The notes under the pieces are model-generated. The model did not search any database and was not told where the DNA came from. It saw only the letters and a list, made by a program, of their open reading frames with translations. A stretch of 48,956 bases of DNA from Candidatus Enterousia sp. (GTDB lineage Bacteria > Pseudomonadota > Alphaproteobacteria > Rs-D84): positions 1-48,956 of the forward strand of contig JAZRSI010000056.1 in NCBI GenBank assembly GCA_045651445.1. The letters run 5' to 3'. Position numbers and translations under genes: made by a program. Below, piece by piece: positions 8,664-18,561 of the stretch. Every line of letters begins with the position of its first letter. The stretch's first letter is position 1.

Positions 8664-11237
8664 ATGAGAAGTCAAAAAATTGCAGATTCATTTAAAAATG
8701 CCATTGGTACGGTGTTTTTGTTGGCTGGTGCCTTCTTTGTTTGTTCAACATTTTTATCAATGCGTTCTGTTTTTGCAGACCCTGTTGCGCCGGCGTTTGA
8801 TCCGATGATGGTTGGACCACAATCTGGACGTGGAACGGCGACTGCGCGTGCGTCTGGTCGAACAAGCCCCCGTTCAGAAGGTACGGTATCTCGTCGTGCG
8901 GTTGCACGTACTGCGGTTGCGACGAATCCTGCGCGTACGGCTGCGGCATCTCGTTCGGTTGCGTCTCGTACGGTATCTGGTCGTGGAGCTGTTGTGGCGC
9001 CATCGCGTGCGAACGCTGTAACTACACGTGCAAATGCGGCTGCGACGCGTAATGTTGTTTCGCGTGGTGGTGGAAATGTTGCAACGTCGCGTGCGAATGC
9101 AACCCAAGCACGTACGGTTCGTGCGCGTACCGCGACAACATCTGCGGCAAATAATGCGCGTATTTCTTTACAGGGTAGTGCGATACGCGGTTCCAAGGCG
9201 GCGGTTAGCGGAACAACATCGAATTATTCGTATTTATCTGGCAAGTTATATACTGGGAATTATTCAAATATCATCGATTCTACAACTGGTTTGATATCGA
9301 ATGATGCGTTTAATAATTGTATGGAATCATACTATACATGTATGGATGAAATTTGTACGGCGCGTAACGCGGCTCAGCGTCGCTGTGCGTGTGCCGGCCG
9401 TGTAAGGGCCTTTGCAGAGGCGGAATCTGCGCTTGAAACTGCGAACGAAGAATTGATTCAAGTTTCTGGTGAATTGGCATTATTGGTCGCCAGCAAGGGT
9501 AAAGATGTATCCACCGCATTCCAATTGACCGAGGCTGAAAAGGTTATGAATTGCGTTTCCTGGAAAGAGGCTTATAAAGAAGGTACTTGGACAACGGGAA
9601 GTACAGATTCCGAAGCGTACAAATGGTGTACCAGCCACGGTATTTACGAAGGTGCGGAAACGTGTAATATGCCAACATACTGCAAAAATTCCGGTAACGA
9701 TTTTGGATTTGATATCTCTGGCTTGGATGGTAGCGGTTCTGACATTCTTGCATCCTTACAGGCTTGGGCGGACGCCAAAGATAAAACAGTTACCATTTTA
9801 ACAGATAACAAGAGCGGTCTGTTCTCTGCGTTTGAAAACGTTTCAAGTGTTGTTGGTGATTTGGCTGGCCTAAGTGGCAATTTAGATTCCACCGAAGAAA
9901 TCAAGGACAGTCTTGCCGAAACTTGGGGATATGAATTGTTTGAATACGCACATAACAATGTATGTGCCCGTGTATTGGATTCCTGCTTTAACGGAATTTA
10001 CGAGGCTTGTGGAACACCACCATCCGGCACCAAGTGCAGCAATGGTTCTGCAACCTGTCCATATAATTACAATAGCAAGATTACCGTAAACAATACTGGT
10101 TCTTATGAATTAAATTTTGTAACCGCCAGTGGTAATTATTCTGCATCAAATTCTGCAACGTGTTTTGGATACACGGCAAATTCTGGCGATCCATATTCTA
10201 ATTTACGTGGTCCTGTTGCGGACGCGCGTCGCAGTATTATGCAGAAATATGCGCTTGATGCGAATGCAGATTGCGACGTTTATGGTGAACAATTGCGTAC
10301 GGCGGCACAAAATGTTGGCTATCAAAAGGTTGCTGCCCAACAAGCATTACGTCAAAAACGTCTTGAATTTGCCCAAGAAGAAGAAGAAACAGTCTTGGCC
10401 GAAGCAATCGCTGCTGGTACAAACTTCAACGAATGTATCAGTGAAATCTTGGATTGCTATGAAACTCAGGCGAAATCCAATCGTGATTGGGCGGATGCGC
10501 GTATAAAAACATATTGTGCCCAGGTTGCAAATATTCCACATTGTTATGAAGTTATGATTTGTAACCCATCGACTGCACAGTTCAAGGCGGTCATCGACGT
10601 CGCGGATAGTGATTCTTGCTTGAATTCAACAGATTATACATTGAACACATGTCGTAACGTTGTCAGCCTGAATGACATCTTAAAGGGAACGGGCGCGGCG
10701 TTGGCGGGCGATGTTGCACCAAACACAACGGGTTCATCGATTGCAATGCGTGAACAATGCTTGCTGAATGCGGGGGTATCTGAAATCCGTACATGGCAAA
10801 GAACAGATTCTGTAAACAAACGTTGTTCTGTTGCGGAATTGTTTGAACAAGACCCGAATGCCACAGATGGTTACATCGAAGGTGGTACTTGCATCATCAA
10901 GACTTGCAATCCTGGCTATACATTAATGGACCAAAAGTGTGTTGCAAATTCAACAGATTGCACGGGTGAAATTGATAATGCATCCAAGGCCGTACGTAAA
11001 ATGGTAAATGGTGCATGGGGCGCCTGTATGGTCGTGTCGTGTAACCAGAATTACAGCGAAGTTGAAAACAAGTGTGTTGCAGACACAATGGATTGCAGTG
11101 CCACGGAATTGTCAGCATTAAATGCGCTGTCAGGCAAACGTGAATGGAATGGTACTTCTTGGTCAGAATGTGTTCCATCTAGCTGCAAAGAAGGTTATGA
11201 TTTAGAACAAGATAAATGTGTTTCTAGTCAAGGATAA
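8664..11237 (+). CDS. Large exported Cys-rich protein: Arg/Ala/Thr/Ser low-complexity region and three C-terminal Cys modules
   Basis: GGGGGAA SD before the ATG at 8664. Signal peptide ending VFA. Terminator at 11242. Confidence 0.75.
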   Translation: MRSQKIADSFKNAIGTVFLLAGAFFVCSTFLSMRSVFADPVAPAFDPMMVGPQSGRGTATARASGRTSPRSEGTVSRRAVARTAVATNPARTAAASRSVASRTVSGRGAVVAPSRANAVTTRANAAATRNVVSRGGGNVATSRANATQARTVRARTATTSAANNARISLQGSAIRGSKAAVSGTTSNYSYLSGKLYTGNYSNIIDSTTGLISNDAFNNCMESYYTCMDEICTARNAAQRRCACAGRVRAFAEAESALETANEELIQVSGELALLVASKGKDVSTAFQLTEAEKVMNCVSWKEAYKEGTWTTGSTDSEAYKWCTSHGIYEGAETCNMPTYCKNSGNDFGFDISGLDGSGSDILASLQAWADAKDKTVTILTDNKSGLFSAFENVSSVVGDLAGLSGNLDSTEEIKDSLAETWGYELFEYAHNNVCARVLDSCFNGIYEACGTPPSGTKCSNGSATCPYNYNSKITVNNTGSYELNFVTASGNYSASNSATCFGYTANSGDPYSNLRGPVADARRSIMQKYALDANADCDVYGEQLRTAAQNVGYQKVAAQQALRQKRLEFAQEEEETVLAEAIAAGTNFNECISEILDCYETQAKSNRDWADARIKTYCAQVANIPHCYEVMICNPSTAQFKAVIDVADSDSCLNSTDYTLNTCRNVVSLNDILKGTGAALAGDVAPNTTGSSIAMREQCLLNAGVSEIRTWQRTDSVNKRCSVAELFEQDPNATDGYIEGGTCIIKTCNPGYTLMDQKCVANSTDCTGEIDNASKAVRKMVNGAWGACMVVSCNQNYSEVENKCVADTMDCSATELSALNALSGKREWNGTSWSECVPSSCKEGYDLEQDKCVSSQG

Positions 11238-11241
11238 AAAA

Positions 11242-11265
11242 ATCCCCCGTTTGGGGGATTTTTTT
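11242..11265 (+). terminator. Rho-independent terminator (ATCCCCCgtttGGGGGAT + T-run)
   Basis: Hairpin plus T-run. Confidence 0.85.
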
Positions 11266-11326
11266 ATACGATATGTTTTGAATTATCTATTGACCCGAGA
11301 ATTGATTTTTTACTAACATTATTTTT

Positions 11327-12469
11327 ATGAGAAGAATGATATCCTTTTTATTATGTGTTTGTTTTGCGTTGCCGGCGTATTCTGCCCAGTATCGTGCGGC
11401 ATTGGTCGCAGATATGGAATCTGGGCGCGTTTTATACCAAGAAAACGCAAATGAATTAAATTATCCGGCTTCCCTGACCAAGATAATGACATTATATTTG
11501 ACATTTGATGCATTGGAACATGGTCGTTTAACGTTGGATGATTACTTGATTGTATCTAAGTCTGCCGCAAATGCGGAGCCTGTTAAACTTGGACTATCTG
11601 CTGGTTCGAAAATAAAGGTCGAAGATGCTATCAAGGCGGTTGCGGTTTATAGTGCCAATGATGTTGCACGTGTTTTGGCGGAAAATTTAAAGGGCGGCCA
11701 AGAAGAAACTTTTGCCCAATTAATGACGCGTGTTGCGCGTGAAATTGGCCTGACGAATACTAATTTTGAAAATTCATCGGGATTACCGAATGATGATCAT
11801 CTATCAACTGCACGTGATATTGCATTGTTATCTATGGCTGTGTACAAGCATTTTCCACAATATTGGCATTATTTTGGTATAAAATCTTGGACGTATAATG
11901 GAAAAACGTACACAAATGGGAATCGTTTATTAACGTCCTTTAATGGATGCGATGGTATGAAGACTGGTTATACCAAGAAGTCTAAATATTCCTTGGTTGC
12001 GACGGCGCATCGTGGAAATAACCGTTTAATGTCGGTTGTTTTGGGGGCGGAAAACAAAGATGTTCGTGCGAATATTGCGGCACAAATGTTGAATCGTGGT
12101 TTTTCTATGTTGAATAATGGTGATACGCCACCAGTACAAGAAATAAAAACAGATGTTAATACATCTGCCCAACCAACGACCTTTGTGGCGGCATATAACG
12201 CGGCGACTGGTGCGGCGGCACCAGTATATAACAACCCATCTGTTGCCACTGGTGGCTCTTCTGGCGTTCAATTTGGTGCATTTTCATCACAAAATTCTGC
12301 CCAGTCGCAGGTTCAAAATGTAAAGAATAAATTAGGTGTCAATGCGGTTATAGAATCAACTGGAACTGGTTTATACCGTGTTCGTGTTTATGGTATGACG
12401 GAATCTGCCGCGCAAAAATTAAAATCACAGGCAACTGCAAACGGGATTGACAGTTTCGTTTTTCATTAG
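11327..12469 (+). CDS. D-alanyl-D-alanine carboxypeptidase (PBP5/6, S11 family) with C-terminal SPOR domain
   Basis: SLTK (SxxK), SAND-type (SxN) and KTGYT (KTG) motifs. C-terminal tail VQFGAFSSQNSAQ...YRVRVYG is SPOR-like. Confidence 0.85.
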   Translation: MRRMISFLLCVCFALPAYSAQYRAALVADMESGRVLYQENANELNYPASLTKIMTLYLTFDALEHGRLTLDDYLIVSKSAANAEPVKLGLSAGSKIKVEDAIKAVAVYSANDVARVLAENLKGGQEETFAQLMTRVAREIGLTNTNFENSSGLPNDDHLSTARDIALLSMAVYKHFPQYWHYFGIKSWTYNGKTYTNGNRLLTSFNGCDGMKTGYTKKSKYSLVATAHRGNNRLMSVVLGAENKDVRANIAAQMLNRGFSMLNNGDTPPVQEIKTDVNTSAQPTTFVAAYNAATGAAAPVYNNPSVATGGSSGVQFGAFSSQNSAQSQVQNVKNKLGVNAVIESTGTGLYRVRVYGMTESAAQKLKSQATANGIDSFVFH

Positions 12470-12484
12470 TATTTTATATCTGAT

Positions 12485-13084
12485 ATGAATCCAAAAATTG
12501 AAAAGTTAATAAAATTATTTGCGAAATTACCACGTGTTGGCAACCGTGGTGGTCAGCGTATTGCCTTGGCGTTATTACAGGATAAAACCGGTCGTGGAAA
12601 TGCCTTGGCGGCGGCGATATTGGACGCAATGGAAAATATAAGTCCGTGCCCAAGATGTGGTGTATTGACCGATAGGGGGGGCGGAACCTGTGAATTTTGC
12701 CGTGATGCTACGCGTGCCAATGGTCAGTTGTGCATTGTTCGTGATTTATCAGATGTTTGGACGTTGGAAAAGTCATCTGTATTTCATGGTCGTTATCATA
12801 TAATCGGCGGTTTATTATCTGGCGCATCTGGAATTTTACCCCAAGATTTAAATATCAAGAATTTATCTTCACGTATTGGGGACGAAAATATAACGGAAAT
12901 AATTTTTGCATTACCCAACACGGTCGAAGGCAAAACGACCCAGCATTACATAATGTCAACATTATCTGATATTGAAAATGTTACGTTTACAGAACTTGCA
13001 TCTGGTGTGCCATTGGGTGGTGATTTGGATTACATTGACGATGGAACATTAACGTTGGCGTTTGGGGGACGTAAATCATTATGA
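12485..13084 (+). CDS. recR: Recombination protein RecR
   Basis: CPRC...CEFC zinc finger and Toprim region. 199 aa. Confidence 0.93.
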   Translation: MNPKIEKLIKLFAKLPRVGNRGGQRIALALLQDKTGRGNALAAAILDAMENISPCPRCGVLTDRGGGTCEFCRDATRANGQLCIVRDLSDVWTLEKSSVFHGRYHIIGGLLSGASGILPQDLNIKNLSSRIGDENITEIIFALPNTVEGKTTQHYIMSTLSDIENVTFTELASGVPLGGDLDYIDDGTLTLAFGGRKSL

Positions 13085-13905
13085 TAGATATGATATCATC
13101 TTTGCCGCCTGTATCGGAAATGATGCGCGAATGTGGCCTTGAACCCAAGAAGCAATTCGGTCAAAATTTTTTGTTTGATTTAAATTTAACTGGTCGTATT
13201 GCGCGCAGTGTTCCGAATATTGAATCTATCCCTGTTGTGGAGGTCGGACCTGGACCGGCGGGCCTGACACGTGCGCTTTTGATGGCGGGTGCACCGCGTG
13301 TTATCGCAATTGAAAAAGACAAAACAACCCAGCCTATATTATCACAGATTATTGACGCGTCATCTGGTCGTCTAAGTGTAATTTATGATGACGCGTTGCG
13401 CGTAGATTTTTCTGCGTTTGGTTTTCAAGAATATGCGATTTGTGCAAATTTACCCTATAATGTTGGCACAGAATTATTAATCGGTTGGTTAAAGAAGATT
13501 GCCAACGGTGAACCGATAAAATCATTAACCTTGATGTTCCAGCGCGAGGTGGCACAGCGTATAACCGCCAAACCCAATACTGAACATTATGGTCGATTGG
13601 CGATATTAACAACATTGCTTGCAGATGCGAAGATTTTATTTGATGTTCCCAATACTGCGTTTGTTCCGCGTCCACGTGTGCAAAGTGCGGTTGTTCAAAT
13701 AATTCCAAATCAAGACAAAATAAAACAAATAAAAAACATAAACAAATTGGAACAAATAACGGCCAAGTTATTTGGTCAGCGTCGTAAAATGATACGCGGA
13801 ATAATTCCGAATATAGATTGGGAAAGGTTCGGTTTGACGGGAACCGAACGCGCAGAAAATTTAACGCCAGAAACATTTGTGTTATTGTCAGAAAATTTGT
13901 TATAA
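13081..13905 (+). CDS. rsmA: 16S rRNA (adenine1518/1519-N6) dimethyltransferase
   Basis: KKQFGQNFL, VVEVGPGPAGLT (SAM motif), NLPYNV. ATGA overlap with recR. Confidence 0.93.
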   Translation: MIDMISSLPPVSEMMRECGLEPKKQFGQNFLFDLNLTGRIARSVPNIESIPVVEVGPGPAGLTRALLMAGAPRVIAIEKDKTTQPILSQIIDASSGRLSVIYDDALRVDFSAFGFQEYAICANLPYNVGTELLIGWLKKIANGEPIKSLTLMFQREVAQRITAKPNTEHYGRLAILTTLLADAKILFDVPNTAFVPRPRVQSAVVQIIPNQDKIKQIKNINKLEQITAKLFGQRRKMIRGIIPNIDWERFGLTGTERAENLTPETFVLLSENLL

Positions 13906-13937
13906 TAATAACAGATACGGAGTGTAGGGGAAAATAA

Positions 13938-15647
13938 ATGTCTTTATCAATACTTGCATTTTTTGCGATAATTTTTGTTTTGGTGTACACTTTGCGTGCG
14001 GCAAAGATTGGTGTATTGGTTGCTTTTTTATTAGCAGGCATTTTATCAGGACCATATGTTTTTAATTTTTTTGAATTATCTGAAACGTGGACCTTCTTGG
14101 GCGAACTTGGGATATTATTTTTATGGTTTAATATTGGTTTTGAAATAAATATTCAGCGTTTATGGCGTTTACGCAGAACAATATTTGGCTTTGGCGCAGC
14201 CCAGGTTTTAATGGTTGCAGTAATGTTGTTCCCGTTGTTATTTGGCATAACATCTTGGACCATAATGGGATGCATAATGGTTTCGTTGATGCTTGCGATG
14301 TCTAGTACATCTGCGGACTTACAATTGTTAACGGACCGTAATCAATTAAATACAAACATGGGGCGTCAGGCATTTTCCATTTTGTTATTTCAAGATTTAT
14401 TATCAATACCATTGCTTGCGATGTTGCCTGCATTTGCGGGCAAAAGTTTTAGTCTTGGTGCCACTGCGATAGATGTTATTGTTATATCAATTACATTAAT
14501 CCTGGCGGTAATAGTAATTGGTCGATTTGTTATGAACCCGCTGCTTCGCCGTGTTGCGAAACTAAAATCCAAAGAAGCTTTTTTATTGGCGGTAATGCTA
14601 AATATAGTTATTTGGGCGTTACTTTTAGACTTTATGGGATTGCCGATTGGGCTGGGCGCCTTTTTGGCAGGTATGTTAATGTCAGAAACGGTTTATAGAC
14701 ATCAAATTACGGCAGAGGTTACACCATACGCAACATTATTTCTGGCGTTTTTCTTTATATCATTGGGAATGGGGTTAGATTTACCACTAATTGCATCAAA
14801 TTGGTATATTGTTTTTGCAGGTGTCATAGGTTTGATTGCGATAAAGTTTTTTGCATTATTTATGGTCGCACGTGTTCGCAACATAAAAATTCCAGATGCA
14901 ATAATGATTGCCTTGATTTTATCCCAGGGTGGTGAATTTGCATTGCTGATGCTACAGACGATGAAGACCGCAGGGATTCAGGCAATTCCATCTATGCACA
15001 AAGAAATTCTGACGGCGATAATTGTTTTATCAATTATTGCCACGCCATTACTGTTGGTCTTGTACGATTATTTGCAACGCAAAGGTAAAATTTTGCCACA
15101 TAAATTTACAAGTTCTTTGGACGAAGCAGACAAATCCATAAATCCATCTATTATCGTATGCGGGTTTGGTCGTGTTGGTCAAATTGTTTGCCAAATGCTA
15201 GATGCGCAAAAAATACCATATGTTGCAATTGACTTGGATATTAACGCGGTAATGATGGGACGCGAACAAGGATTTAATGTTGTATATGGTAATGCAACAA
15301 ATCGTGATGTATTAATAGAATTTGGATTGTCGCCACGTAAAATACGTGGTGTTGTGGTTGCGTTGGATAATGCAACAACTGCGCGTCAAACAATATTGAC
15401 GATAAAGTCCGTTGCGCCCCGTATGAAAATATTTGCGCGTGCCAGAAACTTGGCAGATTCACAAATGTTACGTAACGAAGGTGTCGAAGTCGCTATGCCA
15501 GAAACAATCGAATCATCATTTTTCTTGGGATATAGTGTTCTGGAATATATGGGCATATCTGAACGCAAGATAGAAAATTTATTGTGCGATATGCGTTCTG
15601 ACGATTATGCGGCATTGGCGCAAGTTATATCTGACAAAGAAGATTAA
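13938..15647 (+). CDS. CPA2-family monovalent cation:proton antiporter with C-terminal TrkA-N (RCK) domain (Kef/YbaL-like)
   Basis: About 12 TM segments followed by IIVCGFGRVGQ (Rossmann GxGxxG). Confidence 0.85.
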   Translation: MSLSILAFFAIIFVLVYTLRAAKIGVLVAFLLAGILSGPYVFNFFELSETWTFLGELGILFLWFNIGFEINIQRLWRLRRTIFGFGAAQVLMVAVMLFPLLFGITSWTIMGCIMVSLMLAMSSTSADLQLLTDRNQLNTNMGRQAFSILLFQDLLSIPLLAMLPAFAGKSFSLGATAIDVIVISITLILAVIVIGRFVMNPLLRRVAKLKSKEAFLLAVMLNIVIWALLLDFMGLPIGLGAFLAGMLMSETVYRHQITAEVTPYATLFLAFFFISLGMGLDLPLIASNWYIVFAGVIGLIAIKFFALFMVARVRNIKIPDAIMIALILSQGGEFALLMLQTMKTAGIQAIPSMHKEILTAIIVLSIIATPLLLVLYDYLQRKGKILPHKFTSSLDEADKSINPSIIVCGFGRVGQIVCQMLDAQKIPYVAIDLDINAVMMGREQGFNVVYGNATNRDVLIEFGLSPRKIRGVVVALDNATTARQTILTIKSVAPRMKIFARARNLADSQMLRNEGVEVAMPETIESSFFLGYSVLEYMGISERKIENLLCDMRSDDYAALAQVISDKED

Positions 15648-15654
15648 TAAAATT

Positions 15655-15680
15655 CCCACAAAATTATTTGTGGGGTTTTT
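15655..15680 (+). terminator. Rho-independent terminator (CCCACAaaattatttTGTGGG + T-run)
   Basis: Hairpin plus T-run. Confidence 0.75.
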
Positions 15681-15740
15681 ATTTGATTTTATGTTTCTAT
15701 ATTGTTATATTTTACTTCGGAAACTTTTTAGGAAAGAAAA

Positions 15741-16277
15741 ATGAAAAAGATACTTTTAATTTTATCTGTAATTTTTGGTGTAATTATTTTCGACCAAATT
15801 ACCAAGGATATTTTTTTATATCTTATAACGGGTTCTGTTCCGTTGGTTGGGCCTGCGTTTGAAATTGTGCCTGTATCTTATTTAATGGCACATATAACGG
15901 ATTGGTTTAATTTTGTGTTTACGTGGAACTTTGGAACATCGTTTTCGTTATTCCGTTCATTGGGTGAAAGTGCGCCTATGGTTATTATTGTTGCGACTGG
16001 TGCGGTTATTGGTTTTATATTGCATTACCTGTTTGCGCGTGCGCATAATTATGAACGTCTGCCGTTGGCGTTAATTGCGGGTGGTGCGATTGGTAATTTG
16101 ATTGATAGAATACGTTTTGGTGCCGTGATAGATTTCTTGGATTTTCATATTGGTGGTTATCATTGGCCTGCGTTTAATTTTGCAGATATATGTATAACGG
16201 TTGGCGTTGGGTTGTATTTGCTAAATTGGTATATGGCGCGTCGCAAGTGTCTTAAACAAACAAAGGAATGTAAATAA
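15741..16277 (+). CDS. lspA: Lipoprotein signal peptidase (signal peptidase II)
   Basis: Four TM segments. Motifs NFGTSFS, GGAIGNLIDR and FNFAD. Confidence 0.92.
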   Translation: MKKILLILSVIFGVIIFDQITKDIFLYLITGSVPLVGPAFEIVPVSYLMAHITDWFNFVFTWNFGTSFSLFRSLGESAPMVIIVATGAVIGFILHYLFARAHNYERLPLALIAGGAIGNLIDRIRFGAVIDFLDFHIGGYHWPAFNFADICITVGVGLYLLNWYMARRKCLKQTKECK

Positions 16278-17839
16278 TGGTTCAGTATTTAGATAATAAT
16301 TCGGGTTTTAATATGTGGAATGCGAACAAGAACGCCACACAAAAGAAATCAGTTTTTTCTGGTTTTTTGTGGTGGACAATTTTGTTTATTGCCGCCTGGT
16401 GGATGATAGGTACACTAATGGCGCCGAAACAATCGGCACAGACGGCTACGGAAAATCCAATTGTCGAAGATTTATCTGTGGTTCCTGTAACTTCGATTGC
16501 GTCGGACAAGATAAATGCAAACATCCAAGGATTGCGTATATCAGATGTAAAATTATCTGATTTTGCCATAGAATCTAAATCAGAAGCCCCCGTAACATTA
16601 TTGTCAGACGACGGATATGTGGAAGTTGGATTGGTATCAACTGGAACATCTGCCCCGGTTTCTACGACCGTATGGCGTGGCACGGATAATAATTTTACTT
16701 GGAAGAATTCGGATGGTATTGAATTTAAACGTTCGATTGTTGCGGATGGTTATGTATTAACCGTAACTGATACAATTAGCAATAGGTCCAAAAAAGACGT
16801 TTCATTTGCGCCATATGCCCGCATCGTTCGTCAGAACGATATGGTATCCAGTTCTGGTGTTGAAACGGGTGCAATTTCATATGTAAATTCCGATGTAGAA
16901 ACCCTACCGTGGACAAAGTTGGACAAGAAATCATATGCGTATTCTACGACAAATGGCTTTTCTGGCTTTGCAGACCAATACTGGGAAACTGTTGCATCAA
17001 TTGGTGCGCCCGATCAAACAATTCGTATAAAAAAATCGAACGAAAATTATATTGCGGATACTGCGGCGGCGGCCATCCCTGTTGTTGCGGGCCAAGATGC
17101 GACGATTGTAACTAATATTTTTGTTGGTCCGCGTGATCAAAACGTTCTGGATTCGGTTGAAAATAAAATTACAGGGATTTCAGAAACCATAGATTACGGT
17201 TGGTTTTGGTTCTTGGCACGTCCAATGTTGTGGGTTTTAAATGGCATAAATTCAGTTGTGATGAATTATGGCGTTGCGATAATTATTATGACGATATTGT
17301 TGCGCCTGCTAATGTGGCCATTGACACGCAAGTCATACACATCAATGGCGGCAATGCAGAAGATGCAACCAGAAATGCAACGTATTCAGAAACTATATGC
17401 GAATGACAAGATGCGTTTGCAAATGGAAATGATGAAATTATATCAGACGCACAAAACATCGCCGATGTCTGGATGTCTGCCGATGCTGATACAGATTCCG
17501 ATATTCTTTGCATTGTACAAAGCACTATTGGTATCTGTACAAATGCGTCATGCGAATTTCTTGTGGATACATGATTTGTCTGCGATGGATCCGTATTTTA
17601 TCTTGCCGATATTAATGGGTGCGACAATGTGGTTGCAACAACGTTTACAATCGCCACAATCAAAGTCGGCGCAAAACGCAAATGATGCACTTGCCAAGAC
17701 CCAGCAGATGATGCGCTGGATGCCGGTATTATTTGTGATAATGTTTGCATGGATGCCAGCCGGTTTGGTCTTGTATTGGACCGTATCAAATATATTTGGA
17801 ATTGTTCAAATGGAAATAATCAAGAAACGAACAAAATAA
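16277..17839 (+). CDS. yidC: Membrane protein insertase YidC
   Basis: Large periplasmic domain followed by the conserved C-terminal 60-kDa insertase region (LLMWPLTRKSYTSMAAMQKMQPEMQRIQ...). TAATG overlap with lspA. Confidence 0.93.
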   Translation: MVQYLDNNSGFNMWNANKNATQKKSVFSGFLWWTILFIAAWWMIGTLMAPKQSAQTATENPIVEDLSVVPVTSIASDKINANIQGLRISDVKLSDFAIESKSEAPVTLLSDDGYVEVGLVSTGTSAPVSTTVWRGTDNNFTWKNSDGIEFKRSIVADGYVLTVTDTISNRSKKDVSFAPYARIVRQNDMVSSSGVETGAISYVNSDVETLPWTKLDKKSYAYSTTNGFSGFADQYWETVASIGAPDQTIRIKKSNENYIADTAAAAIPVVAGQDATIVTNIFVGPRDQNVLDSVENKITGISETIDYGWFWFLARPMLWVLNGINSVVMNYGVAIIIMTILLRLLMWPLTRKSYTSMAAMQKMQPEMQRIQKLYANDKMRLQMEMMKLYQTHKTSPMSGCLPMLIQIPIFFALYKALLVSVQMRHANFLWIHDLSAMDPYFILPILMGATMWLQQRLQSPQSKSAQNANDALAKTQQMMRWMPVLFVIMFAWMPAGLVLYWTVSNIFGIVQMEIIKKRTK

Positions 17840-17847
17840 TAAATAAA

Positions 17848-17868
17848 ACCGCCAAAATGGCGGTTTTA
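17848..17868. terminator. Bidirectional terminator (ACCGCCaaaatGGCGGT)
   Basis: Hairpin between convergent genes. Confidence 0.75.
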
Positions 17869-18288
17869 TTATCTTTGTTTATTTGTGGTCAGATTAAGCC
17901 GTTTTGTTTTGCTATGGTGCAAATCATACAATCTGATAATTTCGAAAGTAATATGTTCCATATTGTCATCTGTTATTTCTATATCGTCATAAATTTCGCC
18001 CCGGATAGGCTTTATGTTACAGCGGGCAACAATTTTGCCTTGTTGTAATAATCTTATCGTAAATGGGGATATCAGAAGTTCGAACAAAACATTACCTTTT
18101 GTATCAACCAGTTTATATTGTCCTTCGTCATTATTGTCATTAACTGGATTATCAGAAGTTATCAACACATCTGGACGTTTTAACGCGGAAAGAACCAGGC
18201 GTCTTGTCGCATTGTCTAGTGGGATTTCAGGAACTTCTTTTGCAGTTGTTTTGTTCGCAGCGTTTAAAAATTGTTGTGTTTTTGACAT
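17869..18288 (-). CDS. Hypothetical protein (139 aa)
   Basis: Strong AAGGAG SD upstream of the ATG. No family recognised. Confidence 0.6.
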   Translation of the reverse strand: MSKTQQFLNAANKTTAKEVPEIPLDNATRRLVLSALKRPDVLITSDNPVNDNNDEGQYKLVDTKGNVLFELLISPFTIRLLQQGKIVARCNIKPIRGEIYDDIEITDDNMEHITFEIIRLYDLHHSKTKRLNLTTNKQR

Positions 18289-18421
18289 ATCTACTCCTTT
18301 TGTACGATTATAACATATAATTTAGTGTTAAAAAAATAAAAAACAGCCCCGACGCGAAGTGTGGATGGCGACATAATTTTTTTATACTTTCAAATTCGGT
18401 GGAATTTTGTTTTTATTTATT

Positions 18422-18450
18422 CTGGTTGGGGTCGGTTAGCGATTTTCGTA
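18422..18450. repeat. att-like/tRNA-3'-end-like repeat (TGGTTGGGGTCGGTTAGCGATTTTCG)
   Basis: Shares TGGTTGGGG with the tRNA-Gln 3' end. Near-duplicate at 19366-19396. Confidence 0.55.
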
Positions 18451-18561
18451 CAAAAGATATATTATATTTGCTTACTGTCGGAAAGAATATCAATAATTGT
18501 TTATAAACTTGCAAAACATAAGACTATAGTATACAATAAACAGCATGAATCAGGGGAACGT

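Noticed and set aside
8672-9294. A cluster of overlapping ORFs on both strands (8672-9196, 8692-9003, 8812-9021, 8874-9107, 9028-9294).
   Set aside because: All of them fall in the GC-rich low-complexity tract of the 8664-11237 gene, where stop codons are rare in every frame. Their translations are Arg-rich repeats without start-site support.
13349-14041. A 230-aa minus-strand ORF spanning rsmA and the Kef gene start.
   Set aside because: It is antisense to two well-supported genes. Its composition is not protein-like, and it has no SD.
18361-18561. The N-terminal extension of the 18361-19317 ORF (318 aa as listed in the ORF track).
   Set aside because: It starts at a non-ATG codon. Its Ile/Phe/Tyr-rich translation runs across an att-like repeat and AT-rich promoter-like DNA. 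A good SD plus ATG occurs at 18562.
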